NCBI GenBank assembly: GCA_964549305.1
Contig: CAZJVM010000002.1
Location: forward strand, 47,245-98,111
Length of the DNA: 50,867 nucleotides
From: an uncultured bacterium
Lineage (GTDB): Bacteria; Schekmanbacteria; GWA2-38-11; J061
Reading direction: 5' to 3'
Under the pieces are notes generated by a model. That model was not told where the DNA came from, did no database searches, and saw only the letters and a list, made by a program, of their open reading frames with translations. The position numbers and the translations under genes were made by a program. Below are positions 40,802 through 50,200 of the stretch, piece after piece (position 1 is the first letter of the stretch; the number at the start of each line of letters is the position of its first letter).

Positions 40802-41974
40802 TTAATAAAGTTTGTATTTCTTTTTTATTTTTTCATATCCTGAAACTGAATTAACCCATTCATCTTCAATGGCTGAAAGGTTTTTTCCTGATTCAATATT
40901 TTTTCTAATCATTTGTGAGCCGGAAATTATGTCTATGGGTAATTTTTCATATTCATATTCGTAAGGCGGTTCTTTCCATCGGAATTTTTTTTCATAAAGT
41001 CGGAATACAGCTTTTATAATGGCTATTCCTGTAAGGTAAGGTTTAAAATTCTCCTTGTCCGTAACGTGTATCTGTACTCCCCCGCAGACTTCCTCATTCC
41101 ATTTGCCGAATCGGGGCTGAAAATTTACGGCGCGAAAAACCACTCCTCCAAGTCCGTATGAATCGAGCTCTTTTTTAATTTTACCGGCATCAATAAATGG
41201 CGCGCCCGTTATTTCAAAAGGTTTTGTGGTGCCTCTTCCTTCGGATATATTAGTCCCCTCAAGAAGCACTGTGCCCGGATAAACTGCGGCAGTATCAGTC
41301 GTTGGCATATTGGGAGATGGAATTATCCAGGGAAGTCCCGTTTCTTTAAACTCCATATTCCGTCTCCATCCTTCCATTTTTATGACTTCAATATGACAGT
41401 CTATATTGTTTATATCTCTATAAAAAAGGGCCATCTCTCCCATTGTAAGTCCGTGGCGCATAGGAACGGGAAGCATTCCCACAAAAGAATAAAAATCTTT
41501 TTCTATGACATTTCCTTCCGCCGAAAATCCGTTAATAGGATTTGGCCTGTCGAGGATGATTACCTTCTTTGAAAATTTGGCGCATGCCTCGATGCAGAGA
41601 AACATAGTTGAGGCGAAGGTGTAAACTCTTGTGCCGGTATCCTGAAGGTCGATTAAAAGTTCGTCGATATGGGAAAGCATTTCTTCGGTAGGTTTTCTCT
41701 CTTCACCGTAAAGGCTGAAAACGGGAATATTCAGTTGAGGATGAGTGAACCCCTGCCAGGTGATCATATTGTCCTGAGTATGGGCGAATATTCCGTGTTG
41801 AGGTCCGAATAAAGCGTTTAGGGAAATTCCTTTTTTTAAAAATGCGTCAACTGCGAGAGTAAAGTCGGGAAGCAGGGATGCCGGATTTACAAGAAGTCCC
41901 TTTTTTGCCTTGCTTCTTACATTTCCTGCTTTTTGGAGATAGGATTCCAGTCCCGTTTTTACATTGCTGTTCAA
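40802..41974 (-). CDS. namZ: Exo-beta-N-acetylmuramidase NamZ (DUF1343) family
   Basis: LFGPQHG, SLYG, DLQDTGTRVYTF, LDRPNP, RHGLTMGE, PSPNMPT, SEGRGT. Confidence 0.9.
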   Translation of the reverse strand: MNSNVKTGLESYLQKAGNVRSKAKKGLLVNPASLLPDFTLAVDAFLKKGISLNALFGPQHGIFAHTQDNMITWQGFTHPQLNIPVFSLYGEERKPTEEMLSHIDELLIDLQDTGTRVYTFASTMFLCIEACAKFSKKVIILDRPNPINGFSAEGNVIEKDFYSFVGMLPVPMRHGLTMGEMALFYRDINNIDCHIEVIKMEGWRRNMEFKETGLPWIIPSPNMPTTDTAAVYPGTVLLEGTNISEGRGTTKPFEITGAPFIDAGKIKKELDSYGLGGVVFRAVNFQPRFGKWNEEVCGGVQIHVTDKENFKPYLTGIAIIKAVFRLYEKKFRWKEPPYEYEYEKLPIDIISGSQMIRKNIESGKNLSAIEDEWVNSVSGYEKIKKKYKLY

Positions 41975-42083
41975 TGAAGAATATTTTCCGTAAGTAATTT
42001 TCGATATTGATTGTAAATATAGCAGAATCGTATAAGCGCTTCAAGAATGAAAAGGACGCGAAATAAGGGAAGAGAAGAAAATG

Positions 42084-42662
42084 TTATTTTTTGTTCTTTA
42101 GAAGTCCTTCGAGATAGGGTTTTGCGCATTGAGGGCAAAGACCGTGAGAGATTCCGGTTTTTTCCATAATGGCATCCATATCAGCGGGATTTACCCATGT
42201 GCCGTCTTCAAGACGAATTTTGTGGCAGTCACTGCAGGCAATGAGAAAATTATATGAGCCGAATGTGTTTTTAATTATCTCCCTCAATCCGTCCATTTCC
42301 ACTGTCAGTTTATCAATTTCTGACATAATCCTCGTCACCTCGTGAATTACCGACATTTCAATATGATTGCCGAGATGAGAGTTTGATATGAGCATATGAT
42401 ACTTATTACCGTTGATATTCACTTTAAGGTGAATGTTGTCGGCATCCTCGCATACGTCACAGGAAGGTGAATCGGGATGAAGCAAGTTCCAGCATTTTTC
42501 TTTTTTGACAGAGTCAAGGTCGGTATTAAAAATTTTGAGGAATTTTTTATTCGCAAAGATTATATTCTTTTCTTCGTCGGTAAAAAGCACCCCGGCTTTT
42601 ATTTTATTGAATGTTGACGTTATATCTTCTGAAAAAAACGATTGAATTGCCTCTGTGCCCAT
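42084..42662 (-). CDS. PAS-domain protein with a C-terminal Cys/His zinc-ribbon-like tail
   Basis: PAS-like D...IIFANKKF; CWNLLHPDSPSCDVC; CSDCHKIR...W...SHGLCPQC; GGAGGA RBS. Confidence 0.8.
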   Translation of the reverse strand: MGTEAIQSFFSEDITSTFNKIKAGVLFTDEEKNIIFANKKFLKIFNTDLDSVKKEKCWNLLHPDSPSCDVCEDADNIHLKVNINGNKYHMLISNSHLGNHIEMSVIHEVTRIMSEIDKLTVEMDGLREIIKNTFGSYNFLIACSDCHKIRLEDGTWVNPADMDAIMEKTGISHGLCPQCAKPYLEGLLKNKK

Positions 42663-42978
42663 CTCTTATCCTCCAAAATAATAGATTATAATATATATTC
42701 CTACTCTTTCTGTTTAATTTTGCAAGGGAAAATTCATGCTTTTTTAATATTTTTTATTTTTATTCAGTTATTTTATGCGTAGGGGGAACATTCATATAAA
42801 ATATTATATTGCTTTATTTTGGTTTCTTGTATTTAAAATATATCTTTAACTAACGTCGCGTTTTCAATAATCCTCATTGCATTTTTTTCTCTGAAACATT
42901 ATAGCTTGTCTTATAAAATACGTATGTATTTTACATTTTGTGGTTCACAAATTCTATTTTTACAGGGAGAAAATAAAT

Positions 42979-44007
42979 ATGGATAAGTTTGATGACCTTA
43001 TAAAAATGGCTTATGGATTTGCCGTATCGAAGATTGTTTTTACGGCGGTAAGCTTTGACATATTTACAAAGATTTCAGGTAGTGAAAAAACCGCTCCTAA
43101 TTTGGCGTCCGAGCTTTCCCTTCCCGAAAGGTCTTTGTCGAGACTTCTCAATTCCTGTACAGCCCTCGGATTGCTTGAAAAAGAAGGAGGGAAATATTCA
43201 AATTCGGCGCTTTCCGAAGAGTATCTTGTTGCGGGAAAACCCTTTTATTTCGGCTATCATATAAATGCTCTCAATTCCCGTCTTTACGGGCCGTGGGGCA
43301 CACTTGAGGAGATTATCAAAAAGGATAAATTTCATCCCTCAGTTGATGGAAAATCAGACGATATCATCAAAGCCGTATCAAACTCTAAGGAGTTTGCCCG
43401 AAAGGCGATGATGTCACAGCATAATTACAGCCAGCTTCTTGCTATAGACTTTGCCGAAACAATCGACCTTTCGGGGCGCAAAAAACTTCTCGACATCGGA
43501 GGTGGAACGGGAATTCTTACGGCGGAAACAGCAAAAAAATTTCCGGATATCGAATATAATATTTTCGACCGCGGTTTTGTCCTTGAAGTCGCGAAGGATA
43601 TTTTTGAAGAGCACGGAGTAAGCGATAAAGTCAGTATTCATTCAGGCGATATTCTTAACGACCCTTTCCCGGGAGACGCCGATACCGCGATTTTATCGGG
43701 AGTGCTTGACGGCTATGACGAGGAAACGTGCAGGAAGATGGTAAAAAAGATTTATGATTACCTCCCGCAGGGAGGTCTATTCCTTGTTACTGAATCGGTC
43801 ATAAATGATGACAGGTCAGGTCCTGTTTTTCCTTCTATATTTTCATTGATTCTACTCCTTCAGACTCAAACAGGGGATGCCCGCTCAAGGGGTGAGATGG
43901 AAGAATGGATAAAGGATGCGGGATTTACGGTTGTTAAATATGAGATAATGTCAAAGAGAAGCGGTCCATATAGAAATTCAGGACTGATAACAGCAGTTAA
44001 AAGATAG
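42979..44007 (+). CDS. O-methyltransferase (dimerisation domain plus methyltransferase_2)
   Basis: N-terminal wHTH-like dimerisation region (RLLNSCTALGLL...YSNS); LLDIGGGTG, FDR, GDIL; GGGAGA RBS before ATG 42979. Confidence 0.88.
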   Translation: MDKFDDLIKMAYGFAVSKIVFTAVSFDIFTKISGSEKTAPNLASELSLPERSLSRLLNSCTALGLLEKEGGKYSNSALSEEYLVAGKPFYFGYHINALNSRLYGPWGTLEEIIKKDKFHPSVDGKSDDIIKAVSNSKEFARKAMMSQHNYSQLLAIDFAETIDLSGRKKLLDIGGGTGILTAETAKKFPDIEYNIFDRGFVLEVAKDIFEEHGVSDKVSIHSGDILNDPFPGDADTAILSGVLDGYDEETCRKMVKKIYDYLPQGGLFLVTESVINDDRSGPVFPSIFSLILLLQTQTGDARSRGEMEEWIKDAGFTVVKYEIMSKRSGPYRNSGLITAVKR

Positions 44008-44130
44008 CAAAGTTGGTTTAATACGGGGAAATGGGTATTCTCTCCTTTGTTTTGTGAATTTACTTGTCTTCAGACATCGTTTCTGAAGATTTTGGATTAA
44101 AGGCGCAAATGGCATTTTTTTAAAGGAGAG

Positions 44131-45663
44131 GTGATGGAAAAATCAAATATATCTGCGTTTAAGTTTTCTCTTATCCTTTTGCTCTTCTCAGGGGTTATGT
44201 TTTTTGCCGGAAATGTTCTCCCCGCTGAAAAACATATTAATGGAAAAATAGACAAGAGTATTCTGACTTCAGCGGATGAGCTTTACAGGTGGAACGAGCT
44301 CAAGGATTCAAAAGGCCCGGCGCTTGCAGGCACAGAATCGTGGAGAAGTTTTGTGGCTTTTCTCGAAGAAGAATTTAAAAAAACGGGGCTCGTGGATATT
44401 GGAAAAGACAAAATAACATTTAACGGATGGTTTACGTCGAGCGACAGGAAAGATAATGATTGGACTTTGTCCGTTGGGCAAAGAGCTATTCCTGTTGCCT
44501 CATACTGGGCATTTTCCGGTTCAACGGGAGAGTCCGGAATAACGGCGCCTCTTGTCTATTATGATGATGAAAATCCTCCGGAATCAATTGAAAATAAAAT
44601 AGTTGTATTTGATACTCCGTCACTTCCGAATCCTCTTCCAGCGATGTTTAAACAGCCCGGATTTCAATATGCTTCAGGTCCTGATGCTGTTCCTGATGAT
44701 AACTTTACAACAGAGCAGTGGTATCAGGTGAATTACTATGCCCGTTTCGGAGGGTTTCGCGAAATAATGACGGGTGGAAAAGCGGCGGGAGGACTGGTGA
44801 TATCGAAGATGGGACCGGCAATGGCGGAAGGCGTCTATACGCTTCCTCCTCCGCCCTTCATCTTTGGCGTGCCTTCCCTTTTTCTTGACAGGAAAGCGGG
44901 AGAAATTGTGCGGGATTCTGCAAAGAAGGGAAAAGAGGCAACGCTGAAACTTCTTGCAAAGGAGAAACGTTCTGAAATTTACTTTCTTTCAGGGTTCCTT
45001 CCCGGAAAAAACTACGGCAAGGAAAACGATGAGATAGTTCTTCTTTTGTCCCACACAGACGGACCGAGCATTTCACAGGAAAACGGGGCGCTCGGTATTC
45101 TTGCAGTTATGAAATATTTTTCACACATTCCTCAAAATGAGAGGCAAAGGACTCTTCTCTTCGTGCTTGACCCCCAGCATTATATTCCTGAAAGACACTC
45201 AGTCGATTGGTTTGAACTTCATCGTGAAGCATCAGGCAGGATTGTTGCGAGCTTTGCAATAGAGCATCTCGGTCAGATTGAATACAGGGAAAAAGGCGAC
45301 GATTTTCTTCCAACTGGAAAATCTGAAATAACACAGCTTTTTGTGCAGGACAATGACATTCTTATACAGTTTGCCGTTGATGCGGTGAAAGATAATGATA
45401 TTCCGAGAACACTCATTTATTGTCCTTCAAGAAAAGGGCAGGGCAGATGGAATGGGATGGGTGATTTTGCGATGAAGAGGAATATTCCCGGCTACGCCAT
45501 CAGCGCAACGATGAGCGCCTACTGGTCGCTTGACTCCCGGATAGATAAATTTGATAAGGAGTTGATGTACAGACAGACAGCAGTTGCGGTACAACTTACA
45601 TCAGCGCTGATGAATTCGAAGCTTGAAAATATTGCACCTTTGGGAAAAGCAGGAAAACGATAA
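44131..45663 (+). CDS. Secreted PA-domain / M28-like peptidase-fold protein (atypical)
   Basis: Signal peptide; PA-like SGSTGESGITAPLVYY...ENKIVVFD; SHTDGP...ENGALG; IEHLG. Confidence 0.65.
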   Translation: MMEKSNISAFKFSLILLLFSGVMFFAGNVLPAEKHINGKIDKSILTSADELYRWNELKDSKGPALAGTESWRSFVAFLEEEFKKTGLVDIGKDKITFNGWFTSSDRKDNDWTLSVGQRAIPVASYWAFSGSTGESGITAPLVYYDDENPPESIENKIVVFDTPSLPNPLPAMFKQPGFQYASGPDAVPDDNFTTEQWYQVNYYARFGGFREIMTGGKAAGGLVISKMGPAMAEGVYTLPPPPFIFGVPSLFLDRKAGEIVRDSAKKGKEATLKLLAKEKRSEIYFLSGFLPGKNYGKENDEIVLLLSHTDGPSISQENGALGILAVMKYFSHIPQNERQRTLLFVLDPQHYIPERHSVDWFELHREASGRIVASFAIEHLGQIEYREKGDDFLPTGKSEITQLFVQDNDILIQFAVDAVKDNDIPRTLIYCPSRKGQGRWNGMGDFAMKRNIPGYAISATMSAYWSLDSRIDKFDKELMYRQTAVAVQLTSALMNSKLENIAPLGKAGKR

Positions 45664-45715
45664 AGAGAGGCAGGAAGTTTGCGTGATTTTTATTCTAAAT
45701 TTATTTAATTATCGT

Positions 45716-46081
45716 TTAAATCTGATCTAAAACCGCTTGCAGGTCATCAACTGAAAAAGGTTTTTCAATGACATTTGTAAAACCGTATTCTTTGTGATTT
45801 GCAACCACAGATTCTTTTGAAAATCCCGTTAAGGCAAACACTTTGGCGTTAGGGTCTATTTTTAGAATTTCTTTAATTGTGTCAACCCCTCCCATTCCTT
45901 CAGGTATGGTTATATCAAGAATTACGGCATCAAAGGGACTGCCTGCCTCTTTTCGCTTCTTGTACGAGGTTACTGCTTCAGTCCCGTCAGAAACAAATTC
46001 AACTTCATATCCCAGCGATTCAAGCATTTCTCCTGCAACTTTCTTAATCATACTGTCATCATCCATAAACAATATAGTCAT
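45716..46081 (-). CDS. Single-domain response regulator
   Basis: ILFMDDD, VILDITIP, LTGFS, EKPF; AAGGAG RBS. Confidence 0.92.
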   Translation of the reverse strand: MTILFMDDDSMIKKVAGEMLESLGYEVEFVSDGTEAVTSYKKRKEAGSPFDAVILDITIPEGMGGVDTIKEILKIDPNAKVFALTGFSKESVVANHKEYGFTNVIEKPFSVDDLQAVLDQI

Positions 46082-46270
46082 CGTTTTTTCTCCTTAATTA
46101 TTTTTTACTTATGAAAAATAGTTAGGAGTTTATTTATAATTTTCTTTATTATGTGGTTTTTGTTGATAAATTTCAACAATTATTATACACAAAAGTAAAA
46201 ATGGGTAATTTTAATGAATCAGAATAAATTATCGTCAGTTTTTCTTTTATTATCCTGAATTAATCTTTAT

Positions 46271-46350
46271 TGTCGGTTTTTTGGACATATTTTGTCATTA
46301 TATTTCAATAAGTTAGCAATTGGTTATCAAAAGTGTCGGAATTATGGACA
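46271..46350 (+). promoter_or_regulatory. Tandem enhancer-binding-protein sites (TGT-N11-ACA)
   Basis: TGTCGGTTTTTTGGACA (46271-46287) and TGTCGGAATTATGGACA (46334-46350), 63 bp apart, upstream of a sigma54 promoter. Confidence 0.7.
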
Positions 46351-46458
46351 TTTTTTAAAATTCATAAAAAATGTTTTGTTTGAAATTTATCTTTTTATTT
46401 TTGAATAAACTTCAATATTTCAATAGCTTATTGTATAAAAAAATTATTTTATAAAAAT

Positions 46459-46474
46459 CGGCACGAAAATTGCT
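46459..46474 (+). promoter_or_regulatory. Sigma54 (-24/-12) promoter of the PEP-CTERM operon
   Basis: CGGCACG-AAAA-TTGCT versus consensus TGGCACG-N4-TTGCW; GG-N10-GC spacing is exact. Confidence 0.85.
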
Positions 46475-46528
46475 TAAACTGCTAAATGATAAGAAAAATA
46501 AATATGAATATATATAAAGGGGATATAA

Positions 46529-47161
46529 ATGAAAAAATTATTAGAAATCTTTTCGGTTGTATTAATCGCAGTATTTCTTTATAGCGCGCCGTCACAGGCA
46601 ACACCTCTGAATCTAACTCCCGGTACTCCTGATGTTTTTTCGGCTTTTACTGATGTTTTCTATGATTCAGAGGCACAGCTTTTTGATTCATTTGGTTTTG
46701 CTTTTGAGCTTGATGATGATGGTGTAGGCGCTCCTGAACCGATTTCCGGCGGCTTAATTAGTATTACTGCAGCTATTGACAATTCAGGAAATGCGACAGC
46801 CGGAAGTCTCGTCATTAACGGTACTGTTTCAACATTGGGATATAACAGCGGAACTCTCCTTACAGGAAATCTCGTTGATTTTGGTTTTATTAATGGAGGA
46901 GGAGACCCACTTGAATTTTTATTTGATGTTACAGGCGGAGATGCCGCAAGTCTATACGGTTCAACGGCAGGTGTAATTATGAGTTATACCGGCTTTACAG
47001 GTTCTTTTATCAGCTCTTTCTCAAACTTTAGTGACGGTGTATCAGATACTTCATCGAATCCTTTAAGTTTTCCTGTTCCTGAACCGTCAACTATCGGTCT
47101 TTTTATTCTTGGTATTGCAGGGCTTGCCGTTACAAGGACTTTCAAGAATAAAAAAAACTAA
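46529..47161 (+). CDS. PEP-CTERM sorting-signal surface protein
   Basis: Signal peptide ending SQA; C-terminal VPEPST + hydrophobic helix + RTFKNKKN. Confidence 0.95.
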   Translation: MKKLLEIFSVVLIAVFLYSAPSQATPLNLTPGTPDVFSAFTDVFYDSEAQLFDSFGFAFELDDDGVGAPEPISGGLISITAAIDNSGNATAGSLVINGTVSTLGYNSGTLLTGNLVDFGFINGGGDPLEFLFDVTGGDAASLYGSTAGVIMSYTGFTGSFISSFSNFSDGVSDTSSNPLSFPVPEPSTIGLFILGIAGLAVTRTFKNKKN

Positions 47162-47247
47162 CATTTTTTCCCGAAGATTAAATAATTAAAATAATCAAAA
47201 AAAGAGGTGTTGTTTTAAAAAGGTAAAAAAATCAGGAGGGTAACTAT

Positions 47248-50200
47248 ATGAAAATTCAGTCTAAATATTTATTTGTTCTAATTGCTATTTTATTTTTTTC
47301 GTCTTTGTTTTTAATCCGCTCAGATGCCGCGCTTCTCGGCAATACCTTGAACTATCCTCTTCAAACGTTTGACAGAAGCGGAAGCATTAAATATAATGCC
47401 ACGACTGACCAGCTTTCTGTAAATTGCTCACCTGTGGCAATACGGTTGACATCCACAAGTTTTCCCCGTTTCATTAATGCTCCAAGCAGTACTATTCCCG
47501 AAGAAGTTACAATTCATATAACAGTAGATTCTGCAGGCAATCTTGTGGGCGGTATGGCAGGAGATGACCTCAAGGTAGTCGGCGCAGTAGATATTGACGG
47601 CGATGCTTTAATCGATTATTCAGGAGTTCTCTTAACAGGCGAAATCGCTGAATTCGGCTATAGTGATTCAGGAGGACCTACTGATTTCTATGATTTCAGA
47701 TTCACAATGACGGGCGGACTTCTTTCCCATCTTTTTGCAGGGAGTGATATAGGCATAGAGGTTGCAAGTGAAAATTCAACCTTTGTTGAAGACTTCAATG
47801 TAAATTTCGGCGGTGGAGGCAAAGGGAATATAGGTCTCGTTACAGGCACTGCAAGCATTGGAGATTTTGTTTGGGAAGACCTAAATGCAGACGGAAAACA
47901 GGGCATAGGCGAACCTGGAATCGAGGGAATATCCGTAAGACTCTCATGGGTAGGTCCCGACGATATAGCAGGAACTACAGATGATATAGCGCTAATCACG
48001 TCCACTACCGGTGTAAACGGCGAATATCTTTTTGATAATCTTGGTTCAGGAGTATATTTTATAGATTTTGTAAATCCTTTAGGATACATTTCAAGTCCGC
48101 AGGATTTGGGGCTTGATAACAGCATTGACAGCGATCCTGATGTAACTACGGGAAGAACGATTACTACAACTTTGGATGTTGGTGAAAGCGATCTGTCCTG
48201 GGATGCGGGACTATACCGGACAGCATCAATAGGTGATTTTGTCTGGAACGATGTTAATCAGGACGGTATTCAGGAGTCGGGAGAACCGGGGATTGAAAAT
48301 GTGACTGTAAGTCTTTTTGATTGCGGTGCTGATAATACGGCAGGAACATCAGATGATGTTTTACTTGCGACAACAACTACTGATATCAATGGTTTTTATC
48401 TCTTCAGCGACTTAACGCCCGGAAATTATTATCTGCAGTTTCAATCACCATCAGGTTTTGTTTTCAGCCAAAGTAATCAGGGCATAGATGATGCACTTGA
48501 CAGCGATGCAGATGCATTGACGGGAATTGCAGGATGTATTGCTCTTTCGTCAGGTGAAAATAATATGACTGTAGATGCAGGTCTTTATATTCCTCCCACC
48601 GGAGAAATAGGAGATTATGTATGGAATGATATAAATTCAAACGGTATTCAGGATTCAGGTGAACCTCCTGTGGGAGGTGTGGTTGTTGAACTGTATAATT
48701 GCGGACCTGACCAGATTGCAGGCACCGTTGATGATGTTTTGCTTGCAACCACTGTAACTGATGCCAATGGATTTTATCTTTTTGCAGACCTTGTGGCAGG
48801 CGATTATTTTGTAAAATTCATTCCTCTTGCAGGATATGATTTTACAATGCAGGATCAGGGGTTCGACGATGCTTTAGACAGCGATGCCGACCTTCTTACG
48901 GGACAGACTGTCTGCACATCTCTTTTTGCCGGCGAAAGCAACAGGTCTCTGGACGCAGGTCTTGTGCAGCCCTGTACAATCGACGTGGTAAAAACCTGTT
49001 CAGTAACGCCTCCTCCACCGTCAGGCAATGACTGTAACGGTAAAGTAACTTCAATGGTTTTCATATACACAGGTGAAGGATGCAGTGCTACAAATAACAG
49101 TCAGGACCCTGCAAAGGTAAGATGTGTAGGAGGTTCTGCTTTAACAAACGCTGTAGATGTGATTGTTACAAACAAAAAAGATAACCTGATTTACGCAAAC
49201 CTTCAGGGAGTACCTCTGAATGGCTCAATATTCATTGATGCAGTAGCGGCAGGTCAGGCCAAACTTGATTCAGAAACGCATATAAAGATTTACGACAGCT
49301 TTGATAATTCTCTCATTGAAGATGTGGCAATGCATACATCCTGTTCACAACCGTTAAATGTGGGCGACCAGTTTGGAAGTCTTAAGGTTGCTGAGCTTAC
49401 GACTACTAACGGAGGCACGGTAGGTCTGCCTGCAACAACACCTTCCACAACCGATTGTGAGATTATTGCTTCGCCTCTTGCAAGCTGTCAGGGTAAGGTC
49501 AATGTGCTGAGTCTGCGCTATCTTGGCGGTGACTGCAACGCAACAAACAACTGGCAGGAAGGCAAGACATTGTGTCAGGATAACTCAATCATTTCCGACC
49601 CTGTAAGGATTGTTGCAAGAAGTAAGGACAGAAGTAAAACCTATCTTGACACAGGCAGTCCGGCAAATATCAACTTAGGAGATGTTGTAGATATTATTGC
49701 CACTGACGGCGGATTCTCTCAGCTTGAATCAGAAACAAATATTGATATTTATGATGCTTCCGGAACTCTGGCGCAAACCCTTACAATTCATACATCCTGC
49801 TCGAAACCGCTGAATCTTGGAGATGTTTTCGGAGCTCTTGAAGTATTCGGTATGGATACGACGCAGGGAGGACACGTTGCCATTGGAACAGAAGTGGAAT
49901 ATAACTATGCTATTACCAATACGGGAAGCAGTCCTGTTATTAATGTTGCCGTAATAGATGATGTATTCGGAGAAATACCGGGAAGCCCGATTTCCTCCAT
50001 TAATCCGGGAGAAACCGTAATACTCACGCATTACTCAATGGTTTCCCAGACAACGCAGAATACCGTCACAGTTACGGCAAATCCTGGAACTTCCCAGTGC
50101 ATAGCGCAGGCAACTTCCACAGTAACGGTTCAGGAACCGCCTGTTGCTCCTAAAGAATGCACGGGGAAAATAAAGGCGATTCTCCTTAAATACACGGGCC

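Noticed and set aside
44067-44089. TCTTCAGA-N7-TCTGAAGA inverted repeat
   Set aside because: A single short palindrome with no supporting context; cannot be told apart from a chance or mRNA-stabilising hairpin
46082-46528. AT-rich intergenic region as oriC (TTATACACA at 46183-46191, TGTTGATAA at 46161-46169)
   Set aside because: Only one consensus DnaA box, and the region is better explained by the sigma54 enhancer architecture
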